NCBI GenBank assembly: GCA_964016885.1
Contig: OZ024741.1
Coordinates: 261,144,001-261,208,000 of the forward strand
Reading direction: 5' to 3'
DNA: 64,000 bases
From: Eledone cirrhosa
Lineage: Eukaryota
Numbering within the stretch: the first letter of the stretch is position 1; each line of letters opens with the position of its first letter. Positions 11,287 through 23,499 of this stretch are shown here, piece by piece. A program made the translations under genes and the position numbers. Under the pieces are notes generated by a model that did no database searches, was not told the DNA's origin, and saw only the letters and a program-made list of their open reading frames with translations.

Positions 11287-13439
11287 GTTTCGCTTTACGA
11301 GTGTTTCGGCGTACGAGTGTTTCGACTTACGAGTGTTTTAACTTACGGTTGTTTCGACTTACGCGTTTTTCGACTACGAATGTTCCGACTTACGAGTGTT
11401 TCGACTTACGAGTGCTTTGACTTACGAATGTTTTGACTTCGACTTACGAGTGATCTGACTTACGAGTGTTCCTACTTACGAGTGTTTCGACTTACGAGTG
11501 TTTCGACTTGCGAGTGTTTCGACTTACGAATGTTTTGACTTACGGGTGTTTCGGCTTACGGCTGTTTCGACTTACGAGTGTTTCGACTTAGGAGTGTTCT
11601 GACTTACGAGTGTTCTGACTTACGAGTGTTCTGACTTACGAGTGTTCCGACTTACGAGTGTTTCGGTTTACGAGTGTTTCGACATACGAGTGTTTTGACT
11701 TACGGGTGTTTCGACTTACGGGTGTTTCGACTTACGAGTGTTTCGGCTTACGAGAGTTTCGACTTACTAATGTTTTTACTTACGAGTGTTTCGGTGTACG
11801 AATGTTTTGACTTAAGGATGTTTCGTCTTACGAGTGTTTCGACTTACGAGTGTTTCGGCTTACGTGAGTTTCGACTTAAGAGTGTTCTGATTTACGAGTG
11901 TTCTGACTTGCGGGTGTTCTGATTTACGAGTGTTCCGACTTACGAGTGTTTCGGCTTATGAGTGTTTCGACTTACGAGTGTTTCGGCTTACGAGTGTTTC
12001 GACTTATGGGTGTTTCGACTTACGAGTGTTTTTACTTACAGTGTTTCGGCTTACGAGTGTTTCGACATACGAGTGTTTTGACTTACGGGTGTTTCGGCTT
12101 ACGAGTGTTTCGACTTACGAGTGTTTCGGCTTACGAGTGTTTCGATTACTAATGTTTTTACTTACGAGTGTTTCGGCGTACGAGAGTTTTGACTTACGAG
12201 TGTTTCGACTTACGAGTGTTTTGACTTACGAATGTTTTGACTTACGGGTGTTTCGGCTTATGAGTGTTTCGACTTACGAGTCTTTCGGCTTACGAGTGTT
12301 TCGACTTATTAATGTTTTTACTTACGAGTGTTTCGGCGTACGAGTGTTTCGACTTACGGGTGTTTTGACTTACGGGTGTTTCGGCTTACGAGTGTTTCGA
12401 CTTACGAGTGTTTTGACTTAAGGGTGTTTCGACTTACGAGTATTTTTGGCTTACGAGTGTTTCGACTTACGAGTGTTTCGACTTACGAGTGTTTCGGCTT
12501 ACGATTGTTTCGACTTACGAGTGTTTCGGTTTACGAGTGTTTCGACTTATGAGTGTTTCGACTTACGAGTGTTTCGGCTTACGAGTGTTTCGACTTATGG
12601 GTGTTTCGACTTACGAGTGTTTTTACTTACGGTGTTTCGGCTTACGAGTGTTTTGACTTACGAGTGTTTTGACTTACGGGTGTTTCGGTTTACGAGTGTT
12701 TCGACTTACGAGTATTCTGACTTACGAGTGTTCCGACTTACGAGCGTTCCGACTTACGAGTGTTTCGGCTTACGAGTGTTCCGACTTACGAGTGTTTCGA
12801 CTTACGAGTGTTTTGACTTACGGTGTTTCGGCTTACGAGTGTTTTGACTTACGAGTGTTTTGACTTACGGGTGTTTTGACATACGAGTGTTTCGATACGA
12901 GTGTTCTGACTTACGGGTGTTCTGACTTACGAGTGTTCTGACTTACGAGTGGTCTGACTTACGGGTGTTCTTACTTACGAGTGTTCCGACTTACGAGTGT
13001 TTCAGCTTATGAGTGTTTCGACTTACGAGTGTTTCGGCATACGAGTGTTTCGACTTACGAATGTTTTGGCTTACGAGTGTTCTGACTTACGAGTGTTCCG
13101 ACTTACGACTGTTTCGACTTACGAGTGTTTCGACTTACGAGTATTCTGACTTACGAGTGTTTCGACTTACGAGTGTTTTGAATTACGATTGTTTCGGCTT
13201 ACGAGTGTTTCGACTTACGAGTATTTCGACTTACGAGTTTTTTTACTTACGGTGTTTCGGCTTACGAGTGTTTCGACTTACGAGTGTTTTGACTTACGGG
13301 TGTTTTGACATACGAGTGTTTCGATACGAGTGCTCTGACTTACGAGTGTTCTGACTTACGAGTGTTCTGACTTACGAGTGTTCTGACTTACGGGTGTTCT
13401 GACTTACGTGTTCCGACTTACGAGTGTTTCGGTTATGGG

Positions 13440-16400
13440 TGTTTCGACTTACGAGTGTTTCGACTTACGAATGTTTTGGCTTACGAGTTTTTAGGCTTAC
13501 GGGTGTTTCGACTTACGAGTGTTTCGACTTACGAGTGTTTTGACTTACGGTGTTTCGGCTTACGATTTATTCGACATACGAGTGTTTCGACTTACGGGTG
13601 TTTCGACTTACGGGTGTTTCGACTTACGAGTGTTTCGACTTACGAGTGTTTCGACTTATGAGTGTTTCGACTTACGAGTGTTCTGACTTACGAGTGTTCT
13701 GACTTACGAGTGTTCCGACTTACGAGTGTTTCGGTTTACGAGTGTTTCGACATACGAGTGTTTTGACTTACGGGTGTTTCGACTTACGGGTGTTTCGACT
13801 TACGAGTGTTTCGGCTTACGAGTGTTTCGACTTACTAATGTTTTTACTTACGAGTGTTTCGGTGTACGAGTGTTTCGACTTAAGGATGTTTCGACTTGCG
13901 AGTGTTTCGCCTTACGTGTGTTTCGGCTTACGTGAGTTTCGACTTAAGAGTGTTCTGATTTACGAGTGTTCTGACTTGCGGGTGTTCTGATTTACGAGTG
14001 TTCCGACTTACGAGTGTTTCGGCTTATGAGTGTTTCGACTTACGAGTGTTTCGGCTTACGAGTGTTTCGACTTATGGGTGTTTCGACTTACGAGTGTTTT
14101 TACTTACGGTGTTTCGGCTTACGAGTGTTTCGACATACGAGTGTTCCGACTTACGAGCGTTCCGACTTACAAGTGTTTCGATTACGAGTGTTAAGACTTA
14201 CGGGTGTTTTGACATACGAGTGTTTCGATACGTGTGTTTCGACTTACGAGTGTTACGAGTGTTCTGACTTACGAGTGTTCTGACTTCCGAGTGTTCTGAC
14301 TTACGAGTGTTCTGACTTACGAGTGTTCTGACTTACGAGCGTTCTGACTTACGAGTGTTCCGACTTACGAGTGTTTCGGCTTACGAGTGTTTCGACTTAC
14401 GAGTGTTCTGACTTACGAGTGTTCCGACTTACGAGCGTTCCGACTTACGAGTGTTTCGGCTTACAAGTGTTCCGACTTACGAGTGTTTCGACTTACGAGT
14501 GTTTTGACTTACGGTGTTTCTGCTTACGAGTGTTTCGACTTACGAGTGTTAAGACTTACGGGTGTTTTGACATACGAGTGTTTCGATACGAGTGTTTCGA
14601 CTTACGAGTGTTACGAGCGTTCTGACTTACGAGTGTTTCGACTTACGATTGTTTTTTTCACTTACGGGTGTTTCGACTTACGCGTGTTCCGACTTACGAG
14701 TGTTTCGACTTACGAGTGTTTCGACTTACGGGTGTTCCGACTTACGAGTGTTTCGGTTTACGAGTGTTTCGACTTACGGGTGTTTTGACTTACGATTGTT
14801 TGGGCTTACGAATGTTTCGACTTACGAGTGTTTCGACTTACGAGTGTTTTGACTTACGGTGTTTCGGCTTACGAGTGTTTTGACTTACGAGTGTTTTGAC
14901 TTACGGGTGTTTTGACATACGAGTGTTTCGATACGAGTGTTCTGACTTACGAGTGTTCTGACTTACGAGTGTTCTGACTTACGAGTGTTCTGACTTACGA
15001 GTGGTCTGACTTACGGGTGTTCTGACTTACGAGTGTTCCGACTTACGAGTGTTTCAGCTTATGAGTGTTTCGACTTACGAGTGCTTCGGTTTCCGAGTGT
15101 TTCGACTTACGAATGTTTCGGCTTACGAGTGTTTCGACTTACGAATATTTTGGCTTACGAGTGTTTCGGCTTACGAGTGTTTCGGCTTATGAGTGTTTCG
15201 ACTTACGAGTGTTTTGACTTATGGTGTTTCGGCTTACGAGTGTTTCGACATACGAGTGTTTTGACTTACGGGGGTTTCGACTTACGGGTGTTTCGACGTA
15301 AGAGTGTTTCGACTTACGAGCGCTTCGACTTACGAGTGTTTCGACTTACGAGTGTTACGGCGTACGAGTGTTTTAACTTACGAGTGTTTCGACTTACGAG
15401 TGCTTTGACTTACGAATGTTTTGAATTACTTCGACTTACGAGTGATCTGACTTACGAGTGTTCCTACTTACGAGTGTTTCGACTTACGAATGTTTTGGCT
15501 TACGAGTGTTTAGGCTTACGGGTGTTTCGACTTACGAGTGTTTCGACTTACGAGTGTTTTGACTTACGGTGTTTCGGCTTACGATTTATTCGACATACGA
15601 GTGTTTCGACTTACGGGTGTTTCGACTTACGGGTGTTTCGACTTACGAGTGTTTCGACTTACGAGTGTTTCGACTTATGAGTGTTTCGACTTACGAGTGT
15701 TCTGACTTACGAGTGTTCTGACTTACGAGTGTTCCGACTTACGAGTGTTTCGGTTTACGAGTGTTTCGACATACGAGTGTTTTGACTTACGGGTGTTTCG
15801 ACTTACGGGTGTTTCGACTTACGAGTGTTTCGGCTTACGAGTGTTTCGACTTACTAATGTTTTTACTTACGAGTGTTTCGGTGTACGAGTGTTTCGACTT
15901 AAGGATGTTTCGACTTGCGAGTGTTTCGCCTTACGTGTGTTTCGGCTTACGTGAGTTTCGACTTAAGAGTGTTCTGATTTACGAGTGTTCTGACTTGCGG
16001 GTGTTCTGATTTACGAGTGTTCCGACTTACGAGTGTTTCGGCTTATGAGTGTTTCGACTTACGAGTGTTTCGGCTTACGAGTGTTTCGACTTATGGGTGT
16101 TTCGACTTACGAGTGTTTTTACTTACGGTGTTTCGGCTTACGAGTGTTTCGACATACGAGTGTTCAGACTTACGAGTGTTCCGACTTACGAGCGTTCCGA
16201 CTTACAAGTGTTTCGATTACGAGTGTTAAGACTTACGGGTGTTTTGACATACGAGTGTTTCGATACGTGTGTTTCGACTTACGAGTGTTACGAGTGTTCT
16301 GACTTACGAGTGTTCTGACTTCCGAGTGTTCTGACTTACGAGTGTTCTGACTTACGAGTGTTCTGACTTACGAGCGTTCTGACTTACGAGTGTTCCGACT

Positions 16401-17545
16401 TACGAGTGTTTCGGCTTACGAGTGTTTCGACTTACGAGTGTTCTGACTTACGAGTGTTCCGACTTACGAGCGTTCCGACTTACGAGTGTTTCGGCTTACA
16501 AGTGTTCCGACTTACGAGTGTTTCGACTTACGAGTGTTTTGACTTACGGTGTTTCTGCTTACGAGTGTTTCGACTTACGAGTGTTAAGACTTACGGGTGT
16601 TTTGACATACGAGTGTTTCGATACGAGTGTTTCGACTTACGAGTGTTACGAGCGTTCTGACTTACGAGTGTTTCGACTTACGATTGTTTTTTTCACTTAC
16701 GGGTGTTTCGACTTACGCGTGTTCCGACTTACGAGTGTTTCGACTTACGAGTGTTTCGACTTACGGGTGTTCCGACTTACGAGTGTTTCGGCTTACGATT
16801 GTTTCGACTTACGAGTGTTTCGGTTTACGAGTGTTTCGACTTACGGGTGTTTTGACTTACGATTGTTTGGGCTTACGAATGTTTCGACTTACGAGTGTTT
16901 CGACTTACGAGTGTTTTGACTTACGGTGTTTCGGCTTACGAGTGTTTTGACTTACGAGTGTTTTGACTTACGGGTGTTTTGACATACGAGTGTTTCGATA
17001 CGAGTGTTCTGACTTACGAGTGTTCTGACTTACGAGTGTTCTGACTTACGAGTGTTCTGACTTACGAGTGGTCTGACTTACGGGTGTTCTGACTTACGAG
17101 TGTTCCGACTTACGAGTGTTTCAGCTTATGAGTGTTTCGACTTACGAGTGCTTCGGTTTCCGAGTGTTTCGACTTACAAATGTTTCGGCTTACGAGTGTT
17201 TCGACTTACGAATATTTTGGCTTACGAGTGTTTCGGCTTACGAGTGTTTCGGCTTATGAGTGTTTCGACTTACGAGTGTTTTGACTTATGGTGTTTCGGC
17301 TTACGAGTGTTTCGACATACGAGTGTTTTGACTTACGGGGGTTTCGACTTACGGGTGTTTCGACGTAAGAGTGTTTCGACTTACGAGCGCTTCGACTTAC
17401 GAGTGTTTCGACTTACGAGTGTTTCGGCGTACGAGTGTTTTAACTTACGAGTGTTTCGACTTACGAGTGCTTTGACTTACGAATGTTTTGAATTACTTCG
17501 ACTTACGAGTGATCTGACTTACGAGTGTTCCTACTTACGAGTGTT
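13440..17545 (+). repeat. ~2.0-kb tandem duplication within the satellite (boundaries approximate)
   Basis: Offsets of 2,019 (13726/15745), 2,035 (14371/16406) and 2,067 (15033/17100). Confidence 0.85.
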
Positions 17546-17844
17546 TCGACTTACGAGTGTTTCGACTTACGAGTGTTCTGACTTACGAGTGTTTTGACTT
17601 ACGAGTGTTCCGACTTACGAGTGTTTCGACTTACGAGTGTTTTGACTTACGAATGTTCTGACTTACGGGTGTTTCGCCTTACGAGTGTTTCGACTTACGA
17701 GTGTTTTAACTTACGGGTGTTTCGACTTACGCGTGTTTCGACTTACAAGTGTTTCGACTTACGAGTGTTTCGACTTACGAATGTTCCGACTTACGAGTGT
17801 TTCTACTTACGAGTGTTTCGGCTTACGAGTGTTTCGACTCACGA

Positions 17845-17913
17845 AAATAACAAGTAGACGCGGTTTCAAATATCTATGCTTTTCAAATTCATTACATTAA
17901 TCTTTATTTATAC
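17845..17913. repeat. 69-bp AT-rich island, copy 4 (G allele, GACTCACG flank)
   Basis: Same sequence. Confidence 0.95.
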
Positions 17914-20900
17914 GTTTCGCTTTACGAGTGTTTCGACTTACGAGTGTTTTAACTTACGGTTGTTTCGACTTACGCGTTTTTCGACTACGAATGTTCCGAC
18001 TTACGAGTGTTTCGACTTACGAGTGCTTTGACTTACGAATGTTTTGACTTCGACTTACGAGTGTTCCTACTTACGAGTGTTTCGACTTACGAGTGTTTCG
18101 ACTTGCGAGTGTTTCGACTTACGAATGTTTTGACTTACGAATGTTTTGACTTACGGGTGTTTCGGCTTACGGCTGTTTCGACTTACGAGTGTTTCGACTT
18201 AGGAGTGTTCTGACTTACGAGTGTTCTGACTTACGAGTGTTCTGACTTACGAGTGTTCCGACTTACGAGTGTTTCGGTTTACGAGTGTTTCGACATACGA
18301 GTGTTTTGACTTACGGGTGTTTCGACTTACGGGTGTTTCGACTTACGAGTGTTTCGGCTTACGAGAGTTTCGACTTACTAATGTTTTTACTTACGAGTGT
18401 TTCGGTGTACGAATGTTTTGACTTAAGGATGTTTCGTCTTACGAGTGTTTCGACTTACGAGTGTTTCGGCTTACGTGAGTTTCGACTTAAGAGTGTTCTG
18501 ATTTACGAGTGTTCTGACTTGCGGGTGTTCTGATTTACGAGTGTTCCGACTTACGAGTGTTTCGGCTTATGAGTGTTTCGACTTACGAGTGTTTCGGCTT
18601 ACGAGTGTTTCGACTTATGGGTGTTTCGACTTACGAGTGTTTTTACTTACAGTGTTTCGGCTTACGAGTGTTTCGACATACGAGTGTTTTGACTTACGGG
18701 TGTTTCGGCTTACGAGTGTTTCGACTTACGAGTGTTTCGGCTTACGAGTGTTTCGACTTACTAATGTTTTTACTTACGAGTGTTTCGGCGTACGAGAGTT
18801 TTGACTTACGAGTGTTTCGACTTACGAGTGTTTTGACTTACGAATGTTTTGACTTACGGGTGTTTCGGCTTATGAGTGTTTCGACTTACGAGTCTTTCGG
18901 CTTACGAGTGTTTCGACTTACTAATGTTTTTACTTACGAGTGTGTCGGCGTACGAGTGTTTCGACTTACGAGTGTTTCGACTTACGGGTGTTTTGACTTA
19001 CGGGTGTTTCGGCTTACGAGTGTTTCGAATTACGAGTGTTTTGACTTAAGGGTGTTTCGACTTACGAGTATTTTTGGCTTACGAGTGTTTCGACTTACGA
19101 GTGTTTCGACTTACGAGTGTTTCGGCTTACGATTCTTTCGACTTACGAGTGTTTCGATTTACGAGTGTTTCGACTTAAGGGTGTTTTAACATACGATTGT
19201 TTGGGCTTACGAATGTTTCGACTTACGAGTGTTTCGACTTACGAGTGTTTTGACTTATGGTGTTTCGGCTTACGAGTGTTTTGACTTACGAGTGTTTTGA
19301 CTTACGGGTGTTTTGACATACGATTGTTTCGATACGAATGTTCTGACTTACGAGTGTTCGGACTTACGAGTGGTCTGACTTACGGGTGTTCTGACTTACG
19401 AGTGTTCCGACTTACGAGTGTTTCGACTTACGAATGTTTTGGCTTACGAGTGTTTCGGCTTACGAGTGTTTCGGCTTATGAGTGTTTCGACTTACGAGTG
19501 TTTTGACTTATGGTGTTTCGGCTTACGAGTGTTTCGACATACGAGTGTTTTGACTTACGAGTGTTCTGACTTACGAGTGTTCTGACTTACGAGTGTTCTG
19601 ACTTACGGGTGTTCTGACTTACGTGTGTTCCGACTTACGAGTGTTTCGGTTATGGGTGTTTCGACTTACGAGTGTTTCGACTTACGAATGTTTTGACTTA
19701 CGAGTGTTTCGGCTTACGAATGTTTCGACTTACGAATGTTTTGGCTTACGAGTGTTTCGGCTTACGGGTGTTTCGACTTACGAGTGTTTTGACTTACGAG
19801 TGTTTTGACTTACGGTGTTTCGGCTTACGATTTATTCAACATACGAGTGTTTCGACTTACGGGTGTTTCGACTTACGGGTGTTTCGACTTACGAGTGTTT
19901 CGACTTATGAGTGTTTCGACTTACGAGTGTTCTGACTTACGAGTGTTCTGACTTACGAGTGTTCCGACTTACGAGTGTTTCGGTTTACGAGTGATTCGAC
20001 ATACGAGTGTTTTGACTTACGGGTGTTTCGACTTACGGGTGTTTCGACTTACGAATGTTTCGGCTTACGAGTGTTTCGACTTACTAATGTTTTTACTTAC
20101 GAGTGTTTCGGTGTACGAGTGTTTCGACTTAAGGATGTTTCGACTTACGAGTGTTTCGACTTACGTGTGTTTCGGCTTACGTGAGTTTCGACTTAAGAGT
20201 GTTCTGATTTACGAGTGTTCTGACTTGCGGGTGTTCTGATTTACGAGTGTTCCGACTTACGAGTGTTTCGGCTTATGAGTGTTTCGACTTACGAGTGTTT
20301 CGGCTTACGAGTGTTTCGACTTATGGGTGTTTCGACTTACGAGTGTTTTTACTTATGGTGTTTCGGCTTACGAGTGTTTCGACATACGAGTGTTCAGACT
20401 TACGAGTGTTCCGACTTACGAGTGTTTCGACTTACGAGTGTTACGAGTGTTCTGACTTATGAGTGTTCTGACTTACAGTGTTCTGACTTACGAGTGTTCT
20501 GACTTACGAGTGTTCTGACTTACGAGTGTTCTGACTTACGAGTGTTCCGACTTACGAGTGTTTCGGCTTACGAGTGTTTCGACTTACGAGTGTTCTGACT
20601 TACGAGTGTTCCGACTTACGAGCGTTCCGACTTACGAGTGTTTCTGCTTACGAGTGTTTCGACTTACGAGTGTTAAGACTTACGGGTGTTTTGACATACG
20701 AGTGTTTCGATACGAGTGTTTCGACTTACGAGTGTTCTGACTTACGAGTGTTTCGACTTACGAGTGTTCTGACCTACAAGTGTTCTGACTTACGAGTGTT
20801 TCGACTTACGATTGTTTTTTTCACTTACGGGTGTTTCGACTTACGCGTGTTTCGATTTACGAGTGTTTAGACTTACGAGTGTTTCGACTACGAATGTTCC

Positions 20901-21955
20901 GACTTACGAGTGTTTCGACTTACGAGTGTTTCGACTTACGGGTGTTCCGACTTACGAGTGTTTCGGCTTACGATTATTTCGACTTACGAGTGTTTCGGTT
21001 TACGAGTGTTTCGACTTACGGGTGTTTTGGCTTACGATTGTTTGGGCTTACGAATGTTTCGACTTACGAGTGTTTTGACTTATGGTGTTTCGGCTTACGA
21101 GTGTTTTGACTTACGAGTGTTTTGACTTACGGGTGTTTTGACATACGAGTGTTTCGATACGAGTGTTCTGACTTACGAGTGTTCTGACTTACGAGTGGTC
21201 TGACTTACGGGTGTTCTGACTTACGAGTGTTCCGACTTACGAGTGTTTCAGCTTATGAGTGTTTCGACTTACGAGTGCTTCGGATTACGAGTGTTTCGAC
21301 TTACGAGTGTTTCGGCTTACGAGTGTTTCGACTTACGAATGTTTTGGCTTACGAGTGTTTCGGCTTACGAGTGTTTCGGCTTATGAGTGTTTCGACTTAC
21401 GAGTGTTTTGACTTATGGTGTTTCGGCTTACGAGTGTTTCGACATACGAGTGTTTTGACTTACGGGTGTTTCGACTAACGGGTGTTTCGACGTAAGAGTG
21501 TTTCGACTTACGAGCGCTTCGACTTACGAGTGTTTCGACTTACGAGTGTTTCGGCGTACGAGTGTTTTGACTTACGAGTGTTTCGACTTACGAGTGCTTT
21601 GACTTACGAATGTTTTGAATTACTTCGACTTACGAGTGATCTGACTTACGAGTGTTCCTACTTACGAGTGTTCTGACTTACGAGTGTTCTGACTTACGAG
21701 TGTTCTGACTTACGAGTGTTCCGACTTACGAGTGTTTCGACTTACGAGTGTTTTGACTTACGAATGTTCTGACTTACGGGTGTTTCGTCTTACGAGTGTT
21801 TCGACTTACGAGTGTTTTAACTTACGGGTGTTTCGACTTACGCGTGTTTCGACTTACGAGTGTTTCGACTTACGAGTGTTTCGACTTACGAATGTTCCGA
21901 CTTACGAGTGTTTCTACTTACGAGTGTTTCGGCTTACGAGTGTTTCGACTTACGA

Positions 21956-22024
21956 AAATAACAAATAGACGCGGTTTCAAATATCTATGCTTTTCAAATT
22001 CATTACATTAATCTTTATTTATAC
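21956..22024. repeat. 69-bp AT-rich island, copy 5 (A allele)
   Basis: Same as copy 1, offset +19,655. Confidence 0.95.
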
Positions 22025-22684
22025 GTTTCGCTTTACGAGTGTTTCGACGTACGAGTGTTTCGACTTACGAGTGTTTTAACTTACGGTTGTTTCGACTTAC
22101 GCGTTTTTAGACTACGAATGTTCCGACTTACGAGTGTTTCGATTTACGAGTGTTTCGACTTACGAGTGCTTTGACTTTCGAATGTTTTGACTTACTTCGA
22201 CTTACGAGTGATCTGACTTACGAGTGTTCCTACTTACGAGTGTTTCGACTTACGAGTGTTTCGACTTGCGAGTGTTTCGACTTACGAGTGTTTCGGCTTA
22301 CGAGTGTTTCGGTGTTTCGGCTTACCTGTGTTTCGACTTACGAGTGTTTCGACTTACGAGTGTTTCGGCTTATGAGTGTTTCGACTTACGAGTGCTTCGG
22401 CTTACGAGTGTTTCGACTTACGAGTATTTCGGCTTACGAGTGTTTCCACGTACGAATGTTTTGGCTTACGAGTGTTTCGGCTTATGAGTGTTTCGACTTA
22501 CGAGTGTTTCGACTTACGAGTGTTTCGGCTTACGAGTGTTTCGACTTACGAGTGTTTCGGCTTACGAGTGTTTTAGTGTTTCGGCTTACGTGTGTTTCGA
22601 CTTACGAGTGTTTCGACTTACGACTGTTTCGGCTTACGAGTGTTTCGGCTTACGAGTGTTTCGGCTTACGAGTGTTTCGGCTTA

Positions 22685-23499
22685 TATATAAACGTTTCTA
22701 TTTCCAACGTTTTATCGTAAACGTTTATATATTTCCATCGTTATATCATAACGTTTATATTTCCGTCACTAATCTCTTTTTCTCCTTTTCCGTTTTAATA
22801 TATATTTATTTCAAAGATTTCACCGTATAGATAACATATATATTTATACATGCATAAAAGACACACCGAGAGACGGTGAAAATGTGGTGCCAAAAACATT
22901 TCTCATCCAAATCTCAACAATATCAGTATATACACTAGATTTGCTAGCAGAAAACCGCCCACCGGGTGGTTTTCTGCTATTCTATATATATAAAACTGAG
23001 GATGTCTGTCTGTGTGTGAGTTTGAATCCCTAAAACTCGAGAACCACCCAACCGACTGTTTTCAAACTTTACACATGTAATAATTATGTTTCAGGGAGTG
23101 TTCTGAGCAAAGAATATTTCAAATTTTCAATGCCGTAGGGACCACATTAGGCGATTTAGCGATCTCTCTCTATAATTCTTAGTCTTTCTCTTTTTAGATA
23201 GAATTTTCAATGTCGTAGGGACCACATTAGGCGATTTAGCGATCTCTCTCTATAATTCTTAGTCTTTCTCTTTTTAGATAGATACATACATATGACGTCG
23301 TGCCCTTATAATATCTGTCTGTATGTCTGGCTGTCTGCATTACGTCACTTCCCTGAGGATGTCTGTGTGTGTGTGTGTCTGTGAGTTTGAATCCCTAAAA
23401 TGCGAGAAGTACCCAACCGATTTTTTTCAAACTTTACATGTGTATTACTTATGTTTCAGGGAGTGTTTGTTATGCACATAAAATTCAACCTTTTGATCT
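22685..23499. mobile_element. 815-bp non-satellite island, copy 2; Helitron-like termini
   Basis: Offset +19,655 from copy 1. The only difference I could see is A3794 versus T23449. Hairpin at 22945-22979, TC start at 22981, 80-bp repeats at 23122-23281. Confidence 0.75.
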
